Made by a program: the position numbers and the translations under genes. This document shows, one piece after another, positions 1 through 10,500 of a stretch of DNA of 64,000 nucleotides. The stretch covers positions 1-64,000 of the IMG/VR virus record IMGVR_UViG_3300042893_001581; one strand, written 5' to 3'. This DNA is from a virus. The notes under the pieces are model-generated. The model was given only the letters and a program-made list of their open reading frames with translations, searched no databases and was not told the origin of the DNA. How positions within the stretch are numbered: position 1 is the first letter of the stretch; the number at the start of each line of letters is the position of its first letter.

Positions 1-720
1 ATGAACCAGATGTTCCAGATGAACCTGGTGCGCCTGCGGCGCCACTAGTTCCTGATGAGCCTGAACTTCCAGATGTTCCTGTGCTACCAGAACTACCAGA
101 TGTGCCTGAAGATCCACGAGTGCCTGATGTTCCTGAACTACCTGATGTACCTGCTGTACCTGAGCTGCCAGAAGTTCCAGATGAACCTGGTGCGCCTGCG
201 GCGCCACTAGTTCCTGATGAGCCTGAGCTGCCAGATGTTCCAGATGAACCTGGTGCGCCTGCGGCGCCACTAGTTCCAGATGAACCAGATGTTCCAGATG
301 AACCTGGTGCGCCTGCGGCGCCACTAGTTCCTGATGAGCCTGAACTTCCAGATGTTCCTGTGCTACCAGAACTACCAGATGTGCCTGAAGATCCACGAGT
401 GCCTGAAGTTCCTGAACTTCCAGATGTACCTGCAGTACCTGAGCTGCCAGAAGTTCCAGATGAACCTGGTGCGCCTGCGGCGCCACTAGTTCCTGATGAG
501 CCTGAGCTGCCAGATGTTCCAGATGAACCTGGTGCGCCTGCGGCGCCACTAGTTCCTGATGAGCCTGAGCTGCCAGATGTTCCAGATGAACCTGAGCTGC
601 CAGATGAACCTGGTGCGCCTGCGGCGCCACTAGTTCCTGATGAGCCTGAGCTGCCTGATGTTCCTGTGCTACCAGAACTACCAGATGTACCTGATGAACC
701 TCGAGTACCAGAAGTGCCTG
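1..720. repeat. Near-perfect coding repeats (about 279-bp duplication; recurrent GAACCTGGTGCGCCTGCGGCGCCACTAGTTCC unit)
   Basis: Sequence starting at 1 recurs from 280 with few mismatches. The GC-rich unit encoding GTSGAAGAPGS recurs about 7 times here and again near 1101 and 1533. Confidence 0.85.
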
Positions 721-2185
721 ATGAACCTGCAGTGCCAGAAGAGCCAGATGTTCCACTAGTTCCACTAGTAGCAGCAGTGAATGAAGATCCGTTTATAGTA
801 AGTGAACCTGTTATAGAAACAGAACCAGTAAATTGATGTGTGTTTGTAAGTAAAGAACCATTAATACTTGAGCCTGTTACAAAATCAATAGATGATGTAA
901 TTGTTTGCGCAGTTATAGTTTGAGCGGTAATGTTTCCTGTAACTGTAAGTGTTGTACCATCAAATGTTAAGTTAGCTTCAGCGTTAGCTGTATTAGTTGT
1001 GCCTAGTGAAGTTAGAACTCTATTGTCTACCGGGTTTGTTATTGTATTAAACCCAGTACCTGATGTTCCAGAAGATCCACTTGAACCAGAAGTTCCAGAT
1101 GAACCTGGTGCGCCTGCGGCGCCACTAGTTCCAGAAGATCCACTAGAACCAGAAGTTCCAGAAGATCCTGAACTACCTGATGTGCCTGATGATCCTCGAG
1201 TACCAGAAGTACCGCTAGATCCAGATGTGCCAGACGATCCACTAGAACCACTTGAACCTGCAGTTCCTGAACTACCAGATGTACCAGAACTTCCACTAGT
1301 GCCAGAAGATCCTGTTGATCCAGATGTTCCAGAAGAGCCGCTTGTTCCGCTAGATCCATTCGCACCACTTGTTCCACTAGATCCAGATGTTCCAGATGAG
1401 CCTGATGAACCTGAACTACCTGAAGTTCCTGTGCTACCAGAACTACCAGATGTGCCTGAAGATCCACGAGTGCCTGATGTTCCTGAACTACCTGATGTGC
1501 CACTAGTTCCAGATGAACCAGATGTTCCAGATGAACCTGGTGCGCCTGCGGCGCCACTAGTTCCAGATGAACCAGATGTTCCTGCACTACCTGCTGATCC
1601 TGATGTCCCAGAACTGCCTGACGATCCTGTTGTTCCAGAAGAACCTGATGAACCAGAAGATCCATTTGCTCCACTTGTTCCAGAAGAACCAGAAGATCCA
1701 CGAGTACCAGAAGTACCGCTAGATCCAGATGTACCGCTAGTCCCAGAACTTCCAGATGTACCAGAAGATCCAGATGAACCTGCAGTACCACTAGTACCAG
1801 ATGTTCCTGATGTAGCAGCAGTAAATGATGAGCCATTTAAAGTCAATGACCCTGTTATATTAAGACTGCCTGTAACAGTTAAACTGCCACTAACGTCTAG
1901 TGTACCATTTAATAATGATTCTTTTCCTACCCCTACTTTTGATTGAGAAACAAATAATGCTTTTTGCCCGAATTGACCAATACGTGCTGTATTGTCAGAA
2001 AAAGCTTCTATGATAGGAAGGCCTGCTGCTGTATTGACTGAAAATAAAGATCCAGATAAAGAATCGTCAATCTGAAATAATCGACCAGAAGTTCCGTCTA
2101 CGGTAAATACTTCTGAACCTGACGCATTAATGTTAGCTGACCCACTAACAAGTAGGCCATTTTTGACTTTGAATTCGTTTGGCAT
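2..2185 (-). CDS. Gly-X-Ser repeat tail/whisker fibre protein, truncated by the left window edge (not in ORF track)
   Basis: Hand translation from ATG at 2185: MPNEFKVKNGLLVSGSANINASGSEVFTVDGTSGRLFQIDDSLSGSLFSVN..., then (GTS/GSS)n tracts at about 1053-1812 and 1-768. The tracts are separated by the same GFNTITNP...NTHQFTGSV module as the 2789-aa protein. No stop seen before position 1; ATATTTAT motif upstream. Confidence 0.8.
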   Translation of the reverse strand, partial: MPNEFKVKNGLLVSGSANINASGSEVFTVDGTSGRLFQIDDSLSGSLFSVNTAAGLPIIEAFSDNTARIGQFGQKALFVSQSKVGVGKESLLNGTLDVSGSLTVTGSLNITGSLTLNGSSFTAATSGTSGTSGTAGSSGSSGTSGSSGTSGTSGSSGTSGTRGSSGSSGTSGANGSSGSSGSSGTTGSSGSSGTSGSAGSAGTSGSSGTSGAAGAPGSSGTSGSSGTSGTSGSSGTSGTRGSSGTSGSSGSTGTSGSSGSSGSSGTSGSSGTSGANGSSGTSGSSGTSGSTGSSGTSGSSGTSGSSGTAGSSGSSGSSGTSGSSGTSGTRGSSGTSGSSGSSGTSGSSGSSGTSGAAGAPGSSGTSGSSGSSGTSGTGFNTITNPVDNRVLTSLGTTNTANAEANLTFDGTTLTVTGNITAQTITAQTITSSIDFVTGSSINGSLLTNTHQFTGSVSITGSLTINGSSFTAATSGTSGTSGSSGTAGSSGTSGTRGSSGTSGSSGSTGTSGSSGSSGTSGAAGAPGSSGSSGSSGTSGSSGSSGTSGAAGAPGSSGTSGSSGSSGTSGAAGAPGSSGTSGSSGTAGTSGSSGTSGTRGSSGTSGSSGSTGTSGSSGSSGTSGAAGAPGSSGTSGSSGTSGAAGAPGSSGTSGSSGSSGTSGAAGAPGSSGTSGSSGTAGTSGSSGTSGTRGSSGTSGSSGSTGTSGSSGSSGTSGAAGAPGSSGTSGS

Positions 2186-2228
2186 ATTCTATACTGTTTT
2201 CACTTTCCGACAGCTATGAATAAATATA

Positions 2229-2486
2229 CTAAGGAATTGGATTAGGATCAGTCCATTCAGGAGTTGCTAAAATAGTTAGCATTTCCTCATAGGTATATGG
2301 TCCTTCTTTAGTGGTTAATGAGTCTACTGATGATGGAATAGTTGTTCCATCCCATTTTACAAATGTTTTTGTTTCATCTACTGACTTTCTTACTGTATCA
2401 ATTGATGTTTCTAATACTTGGGTAAAATCGATTTGTAGTAATTCTGATACATTGAAGATCATGAATTCTCTGTTTTCGTATGACAT
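2229..2486 (-). CDS. Hypothetical protein, possibly a fibre-associated accessory/chaperone
   Basis: 85-aa ORF tightly packed between the LamG genes and a fibre gene; function inferred from context only. Confidence 0.5.
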   Translation of the reverse strand: MSYENREFMIFNVSELLQIDFTQVLETSIDTVRKSVDETKTFVKWDGTTIPSSVDSLTTKEGPYTYEEMLTILATPEWTDPNPIP

Positions 2487-2489
2487 AGT

Positions 2490-3197
2490 TTATAAATTAA
2501 ATCGTGATTTTTGTGAATTGTAGTTTTGTAAAATTTCTGATGTTGAGAGAGTACGGTTATAAACTTGAATATTAGCTATGCTTCCATTAAGATATCTTCC
2601 ACTACTAGCCCTAGGATCACGACCTAATGCTACTACAGAATTTGAATTATTTACAATTCCAGTACTTATTCCTGTACTAGTACCATACAAAGTTCCATTT
2701 ATATACATTATTATATTAGATGTATTAATAGTTCCTGCTAGAAAATACCAAGTATTATTATCTAAAATAGAAGATGCTATATTTTTCCAAGCTCCATTAT
2801 CATTAACGTAAAAAGTTACTGTATTATTAGTATTACCATGCATTAACCAAACATTAGATGTCATGTCATCTAGAGAAAGAGTTGATTGGCCACAACCAGC
2901 ACCTGTTAATAAATCTCCATTTCTTTTTATCCACCAACAAACTGATAGTTGGTTTGTGTATTGGTAAAATGCTTGACCTGCTGTTGTTGTTGTATAATCA
3001 TCAATGCCATCAAACACAATACTTCCTCCATTAGCACTGTTGAAAGTAGGACTATTAGTTAAAGTACTATTACTATTATTCCCAGACATATCTCTCCAAG
3101 TAGTCCCACTACCAGGATAAGAATTTCTATCAGCAGCATCTAATGCTAATACTAATCCGTCTGTTACTATTTTACCAAATGCGTATTGTGTTGCCAT
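2490..3197 (-). CDS. LamG/concanavalin A-like lectin domain protein (paralog 3)
   Basis: GLVLALDA...FDGIDDY...WYFLAGT...MYING...LNGSIANIQVYNRTLS.SEILQNY, a typical LamG_3 pattern. Confidence 0.85.
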   Translation of the reverse strand: MATQYAFGKIVTDGLVLALDAADRNSYPGSGTTWRDMSGNNSNSTLTNSPTFNSANGGSIVFDGIDDYTTTTAGQAFYQYTNQLSVCWWIKRNGDLLTGAGCGQSTLSLDDMTSNVWLMHGNTNNTVTFYVNDNGAWKNIASSILDNNTWYFLAGTINTSNIIMYINGTLYGTSTGISTGIVNNSNSVVALGRDPRASSGRYLNGSIANIQVYNRTLSTSEILQNYNSQKSRFNL

Positions 3198-3201
3198 AAC
3201 T

Positions 3202-3831
3202 TTATAGATTGAAACGTGATTTTAATGCGTTGTAGTTTTGTAATGATTCTGCTGTTGTTAAAGATCTATTATACATTAATATTTTTCCAACATATCCAGC
3301 AATTTCATACCCGGCAGCATATCCTAAAAAATTCCATGTAGTAGTCCAAGATGCAAAAGATATTCCTTTTGCTTCCCACATATGCCAATTATTATCTAAA
3401 TAATTAATAGGAGTAGCTGGATTGGTGGTTAAAAGAGTGTCTATGTAAAAAGTAGGGCTTCCAGCATTGCTATTATAAAATGCTACTCCTGGAGAATATG
3501 CTCCTACATAATAAGCTCCGGTATTTCCTACTTGCTCCCCAGATAACATTAATCCTACTGTATCTGATGTCTTTAACCACTGTACTAAAGTAATTGCATT
3601 GTTTAATCCTGAAGTAGATAATCTTTGAATTCCATCAGTTGATCCATCTAAGTAAATACTTCCTCTGCCTTCTGTTGAATAAATAGCATTACCTTGTAAA
3701 GTAAAATTATAATTATTTACTGATAGATCATTAATATTAGTTCCACTACCAGGATAAGAATTTCTATCACCGGCATCTAATGCTAATACTAATCCATCTT
3801 CAATCATATTTGGTCCGCCTGATATTCCCAT
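3202..3831 (-). CDS. LamG-like lectin domain protein (paralog 2)
   Basis: Same N-terminal DGLVLALDAGDRNSYPGSGT and C-terminal YNRSLT..ESLQNYNALKSRF, with a divergent core. Confidence 0.75.
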   Translation of the reverse strand: MGISGGPNMIEDGLVLALDAGDRNSYPGSGTNINDLSVNNYNFTLQGNAIYSTEGRGSIYLDGSTDGIQRLSTSGLNNAITLVQWLKTSDTVGLMLSGEQVGNTGAYYVGAYSPGVAFYNSNAGSPTFYIDTLLTTNPATPINYLDNNWHMWEAKGISFASWTTTWNFLGYAAGYEIAGYVGKILMYNRSLTTAESLQNYNALKSRFNL

Positions 3832-3833
3832 AG

Positions 3834-4532
3834 TTATAAGCCGAAGCGTGATTTTTGTGCGTTATAGTTTTGGAGGATTTCTGATGTGGATAGATCTTTA
3901 TTATTAACTAAAAAAGATGCTAATTTTCCTGTATATAATTCGCAGCAACTATTTTTAACTATTCCCGGTGTTCCATTTTGCATTGCTGTTTGTGCTGTTA
4001 AAGTTGTAGAACTTTGGAAAATTCCATTTAAATAACATAATATAGAAGTTCCGCTTCTATTAAATACAGCAGTAACATGATTCCATGAGTTAGAAGATAT
4101 AGAAGAAATAAAAGATAGAGTTCCTTCTTTATAATTTGGCCCTATTAAATAATATATACCATTTAATCCAACTCCAAATCTATATCCATCACCACCTCCT
4201 GCATTTGAAAATATTGATACTTGTGAACTAGCTATTGGTGGATTTTTTACCCAACATGAAAAAGAAAAATTTCCTGTTGTAGTAACCATATTAGATGCAA
4301 AAGTAAATCCTAATGTTGCTGTTTGAGAATTGGCTCCAGAAATCGTAGCAAAATTAAAACACGGGCTAAAATCTGTTTCATAAGGTACACTACCGAACAT
4401 AGTACCATTATTTCCATTTCCACTCATATCTCTCCAAGTAGTTCCACTACCGGGATAGCTATTTCTATCAGCAGCATCTAATGCTAATACTAATCCATCA
4501 CTAACAATTCTCGGTCCATTTCCAAATGCCAT
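3834..4532 (-). CDS. LamG/concanavalin A-like lectin domain protein (paralog 1)
   Basis: DGLVLALDAADRNSYPGSGTTWRD...FSFSCWVK...WNHVTAVF...YLNG...SEILQNYNAQKSRF. Confidence 0.85.
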   Translation of the reverse strand: MAFGNGPRIVSDGLVLALDAADRNSYPGSGTTWRDMSGNGNNGTMFGSVPYETDFSPCFNFATISGANSQTATLGFTFASNMVTTTGNFSFSCWVKNPPIASSQVSIFSNAGGGDGYRFGVGLNGIYYLIGPNYKEGTLSFISSISSNSWNHVTAVFNRSGTSILCYLNGIFQSSTTLTAQTAMQNGTPGIVKNSCCELYTGKLASFLVNNKDLSTSEILQNYNAQKSRFGL

Positions 4533-4543
4533 ACACCTTTATT

Positions 4544-7500
4544 TTATAATAAGTTAGCAATAGATTTTACTGTCCAAACACCTGACGATGTAAATTGAAG
4601 TTGTACATTTGCTCCTGATATACCTACTGCGAATAGTGCAGAGTTTGTATTTCCTATATCAGTAGTTGTTACTTCAGTGTGTCTTATAGTTGTACCATTC
4701 CAAATTGACATTATTTGCCCTGCTCTTGCATTTGAACCAGACGATATAGAATAGTTGTAAAATGCTGAGTTAAATGATGATGTGTTTATTGATGATACTA
4801 CTAGTGAACCGGCTGTTGTAGTTGATGATGTCGGATTAAATTCTGCTATACCTAAATCTAATGGTCCACCAAGTATTGATACAGATCCTGTAAACTGATG
4901 TGTATTAGAAGTTAGTGTACCAAACTTAGTTGATCCAGTAATAAAGCTTACAGATGATGTTACTTGTTGTACATTAAGTGTCTGAGCAGTTATTGAACCG
5001 TTAGTTACTATACTACCTGTTACTTGAAGTACATTATTTAAAAAGTTAAGGTTAGCTTCAGCATTTGCAGTGTTTGTAGTACCTAATGAAGTTAATACTC
5101 TTCCTGTTACAGGATTTGTAATTGTATTAAATCCTGTTCCAGAAGTACCAGATGAACCACTCGATCCACTTGAACCTGAACTACCATTTGCACCGGATGT
5201 GCCAGAACTACCAGATGATCCTGATGTGCCTGAGCTACCGCTAGAGCCAGAAGTTCCAGATGAACCACTAGAACCAGATGTTCCAGATGAACCTGTAGAA
5301 CCTGAGCTACCACTAGTTCCAGATGAACCTGATGTTCCACTAGAGCCACTAGTTCCAGAAGATCCTGAACTACCAGAAGATCCACTAGAACCACTACTAC
5401 CATTTGCTCCAGAAGTACCAGATGATCCACTAGTACCACTTGAACCTGATGTACCTGAAGAGCCTGAGCTACCCGATGTTCCTGTTGATCCAGAACTACC
5501 AGATGTACCTGATGATCCACGAGTACCAGAAGTGCCTGAACTACCTGATGTTCCACTAGAACCAGATGTTCCAGAAGAGCCGCTTGTTCCGCTAGATCCG
5601 TTTGCTCCACTTGTTCCACTAGATCCTGATGTTCCAGATGAACCTGATGTACCTGACGAGCCATTGGCGCCGCTAGTACCAGAACTACCTGATGAACCAG
5701 ATGTTCCACTTGAGCCAGAAATACCAGAACTACCAGATGTGCCTGAACTACCAGAAGTTCCGGTTGAACCACTAGTTCCTGTTGAACCAGAACTTCCTGA
5801 AGTTCCAGATGAACCTGATGTGCCAGATGATCCAGAGCTACCGCTAGTTCCACTAGAACCGCTAGTACCATTTGCACCAGAAGTTCCTGAGGTACCAGAT
5901 GTAGCAGCAGTAAATGATGAACCATTTATAGTTAATGATCCAGTAATATTTACTGAGCCAGTAAATTGATGTGTGTTACTTAATAAAGTACCAAACTTAG
6001 TAGATCCAGTTACAAAATCAGTAGATGATGTAATTGTTTGTGCTACTATAGTTTGAGCAGTTAGTGTACCTCTTACAGTAAAATTTTCTGCTGATGAAGC
6101 TGTTAATGCATTTTGGGCCCATGAAGCTGTTCCAAATAAAGAACTCGTTATAGAAGTTGCAGAAATAGTATTTACATTATTAATATCATTAGCTCCAAGA
6201 TTTAAATCACCAGTCATTGCTCTAGTACCATCAACTAAAACATATTGAGGGTGATCATCTGCTTCTAATCCTAATAAGTTTCCATGTAAAGTAACTATAC
6301 CAGTTCTTGATGGAGATGCAAAACCAAGTCTAGGTCTTTCATCAATTATAGATTGGATACTAGAACTATTTGGGGTTACTACTATAGACGCAAATAATGC
6401 AAATTGTTCTGTTACAAAGCTTGGAGGAGTTGGTAAATTACCGGCTTCTGCCGCTTCAACATTATCATATAGGTCTTGACCATAAACAAGGAAATATTGA
6501 GTAGTAGGAAGGCCAATCATATATAATGAATGCTTCACATACTTTCCAGATGGAATTGATTGTAGTGTGCCAAAGCTAGCACTATCATATAAAGTATTAC
6601 TTGCTGTTGTTTGACTTGCTACTCTAGTAAAAGCAGAACCTCCTATACCAGTTCCTGATGAGCCACTTCTATATAATGCATCAAAAGTTATAGGAGTTGC
6701 TCCAGTTGTAGTAACCCTATGTTCAGAAAAGAAAAATATAGCAGATGTTACATCTAAACTTCTAGATACAATTCCTTGAGTAGTTATACCTCCTGATTGG
6801 AATATAGGTCCTAATGCGTCTCTAAATAATCGATCTACATAGTTTGCATAGTGATGCGCATCTAAAGGAGTTCTATCTATATAAACAACAGATGAATTAT
6901 CTGTCATTACCCTTCCTATAGGCACATTAAACCTAGAGTTTGGCTCTGTTGCTGAAGACGTTAAATTTCCTGAGCTATTATAATAAACATATCTATCAGC
7001 GTTTGCTGGAAGAGTTATTTGTCTAGAAACATCTGTAGAGCCTCTAGTATTAATTTTTCTTAAATTATGATTAGGATAGTTTCCTGTAGTCATTACGTAT
7101 CCTACAGATTCTGCTACTTGGATAGTTAATCCACTAGCTGTAGTTAAAGCTCCTCCATCAATAATACCCATCGTACCACCAAAGGATACTAAATCACCAA
7201 TTTCAGTTTGAGTAGCGTTAGGCTCTCTTACCCAATCTATGCCTCCATAAAGTACTACGGATGCAGTATTTATACCTGCTCCACCACTTGGTATTAAAAG
7301 AATATTTCCTCCAGGATTTGCAAATATGCTTGCACTAACTGATGATGAAACAAATAAAGATCCAGTTATATTAGTTTTTCCATTTATATTAATGGTAGTA
7401 CCATTATCTGTAATATTTGATGGAGCAACATGTTCATTACCAGTACCTTTTATAATAACATTAGCAGCTATATAAATTTCATTTCCTATATTATTATAGG

Positions 7501-10500
7501 TTTCTGGGCCCTGAAGGAAGTGAGATGATGTTACTCCTGCATTAGTATCTGTTTTATGAACAGAGAGCCATTCATCATGAAGTGAATCATATAAGAAAGA
7601 TCCTGATACTTGTGGACTAGATCCTGAATCAATTACGGCAAGCCCTCCAAATCTAACTGATGGACTATTAGTATTTACTGTAATTAAATTAGTTCCAATA
7701 TTAAGTGTAGATTGACTAATATAAGTAATAGAAGCAGATCCTAATACAGTTAAGTTTTGTAATACAGTTAAACTTCCAGATACTGTAGTAGTATTACCAG
7801 AGACTGTAAGTATCGCTGAAGCAGTTGCAGTATTTGTAGTACCGTCTGATACTAAAACTCTACCTACTGCAGCATTATTTATTGTATTAAATCCTGTACC
7901 AGATGTTCCACTAGAACCAGAACTACCTGATGTACCACTAGTACCTGAGCTTCCAGATGTGCCAGAAGAACCGCTTGTACCTGCTGAACCATTTGTTCCA
8001 GATGTTCCACTAGAACCAGATGTGCCAGATGTTCCTGAACTACCTGATGTGCCAGATGATCCATTTGCTCCAGATGTGCCAGAGCTACCTGATGTACCAG
8101 AACTACCAGATGTGCCTGTACTTCCACTAGAACCTGATGTTCCAGTTGAACCAGATGTGCCACTAGAACCGGATGATCCTGCAGTACCTGATGAACCTGA
8201 TGTTCCAGTTGAGCCACTAGATCCTGATGTTCCAGAAGAACCGCTTGTTCCGCTAGAACCATTTGTACCATTAGCACCAGAAGTTCCTGATGTACCAGAA
8301 GTGGCAGCAGTAAATGATGTTCCGTTTATAGTTAAAGATCCAGTAATGCTTACAGATCCTGTAAATTGATGTGTATTACTTAATAGAGTACCAAACTTAG
8401 TAGATCCAGTTACAAAATCTGTTGAAGACGTTATTTGTTGTACATTTAAAGTCTGAGCTACAATATTTCCTGTGACTGTTAAAGTAGTTCCATCAAAAGT
8501 TAAATTAGCCTCAGCATTTGCTGTATTAGTTGTACCTAATGATGTTAAGATTCTATTATCTACAGGGTTAGTAATAGTATTAAATCCTGTTCCAGATGTT
8601 CCAGAGCTACCGCTTGATCCAGATGAGCCAGATGTACCACTAGTACCGCTTGATCCAGATGTGCCTGAACTACCAGATGACCCGCTAGTTCCTGTTGAGC
8701 CAGAAGATCCAGATGTACCTGAAGAACCACTTGTGCCTGATGAACCTGCAGTGCCTGTAGATCCACTTGAACCTGAAGTTCCAGTTGAACCTGAAGAACC
8801 GCTTGTGCCTGAAATACCAGATGTTCCTGATGAACCAGAGGTTCCTGTACTTCCTGATGAACCTGAAGTTCCAGTTGTACCACTACTTCCACTAGTTCCA
8901 GAAGAACCGTTTGCACCAGAAGTACCACTTGAGCCTGAAGTACCAGTTGAGCCAGATGATCCAGAAGTTCCTGAGAATCCACTAGTACCACTTACTCCAC
9001 TAGTACCACTAGATCCAGAAGATCCACTAGTTCCATTTGCTCCACTAGTTCCTGAAGAACCAGTATTACCTGAGGTACCAGATGTTCCTGTAGCTACTAA
9101 GTTAGTTCCAACACCAGCGCCACCAGTAGTTATGTCTATAAAATATCCACGAGCATTTCCACCTTGTTCAAAAAATCTAAGTCTATTTTGCCAAATATCA
9201 ATTGTTACACCACTACCAGTTAGTGTTGTATTTGTTTCAGGCCTTCCTAATAAAAGTTCTCCACCTTCATCTCCACCAACAGTTCCTGCAGTTATTTTTG
9301 AAAGTGCACTACCGCTAACCACTAAAGCACCAACAACATTAAGTGTTGTTCCATCAAATGTTAAGTTAGCTTCAGCATTAGCTGTATTAGTTGTACCAAG
9401 AGATGTTATAACTCTATTGTCTGCTGGATTAGTAATTGTATTAAATCCAGTACCTGATGTACCAGAAGATCCGCTTGATCCACTACTACCATTTGCACCT
9501 GAAGTTCCAGAGCTACCAGATGTACCACTAGTTCCAGAAGAGCCGCTAGATCCATTTGCACCAGAAGTACCAGAAGAACCGCTAGAGCCAGATGAACCGT
9601 TAGCGCCTGAAGTACCAGAAGAACCGCTAGAGCCAGATGAACCGTTAGCGCCTGATGTACCAGAAGATCCGCTTGATCCACTACTACCATTTGCACCTGA
9701 AGTTCCACTTGAACCTGCAGTGCCACTAGATCCTGCACTTCCAGATGATCCAGATGTGCCTGTAGAACCAGAAGATCCAGAACTACCAGATGACCCTGCA
9801 GTGCCACTAGAACCTGATGTACCTGAAGTACCACTAGTAGCTGTAGTAAATGAAGTTCCATTTATAGTTAATGATCCAGTAATGTTTACTGAACCAGTAA
9901 ATTGATGCGTATTAGTTAGTAAACTTCCAAATATTGTTGAACCAGTAATATATTCTTGAGAAGCAGTAATATTTTGAACAATAAGAGTCTGAGCAGTTAT
10001 TGTTCCATTAGTTGATATACTACCTGTTACTTGTAAAGTATTATTAGAAAAAGATAAATTAGTTGATGCAGTTGCCGCATTTGTTGTTCCGTCTGATAAT
10101 ATTATTCTATTAGCTCCAGGATTATTAATGGTATTGAATCCTGTACCTGAAGTTCCTGAACTACCAGATGTACCACTAGTTCCAGAAGAGCCGCTAGATC
10201 CATTTGCTCCAGATATTCCACTACTTCCAGAAGTCCCAGTTGATCCGCTACTACCACTTGTACCTGTAGAACCAGAAGAACCGCTAGATCCGCTAGATCC
10301 ATTTGCTCCACTTGTACCACTAGATCCTGCAGTACCGCTAGATCCTGAGGTTCCAGATGAACCTGAAGTACCGGATGAGCCGCTTGCACCTGTTGCTCCA
10401 CTTGTTCCAGAAGAACCTGTACTACCTGAACTACCTGATGTTCCTGATTCTCCAGAAGTACCCGATGAACCTGCAGTTCCGCTTGAACCCGATGTGCCAG

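Noticed and set aside
1-1600. Recurrent ~30-bp GC-rich unit resembling a CRISPR repeat
   Set aside because: Spacing is irregular and in multiples of 3, the intervening sequence is itself repetitive coding sequence, and there is no cas operon. The Cas4-like exonuclease is a common stand-alone phage gene.
2490-4532. Diversity-generating retroelement acting on the lectin genes
   Set aside because: No reverse transcriptase and no adenine-specific TR/VR pair seen in this window.
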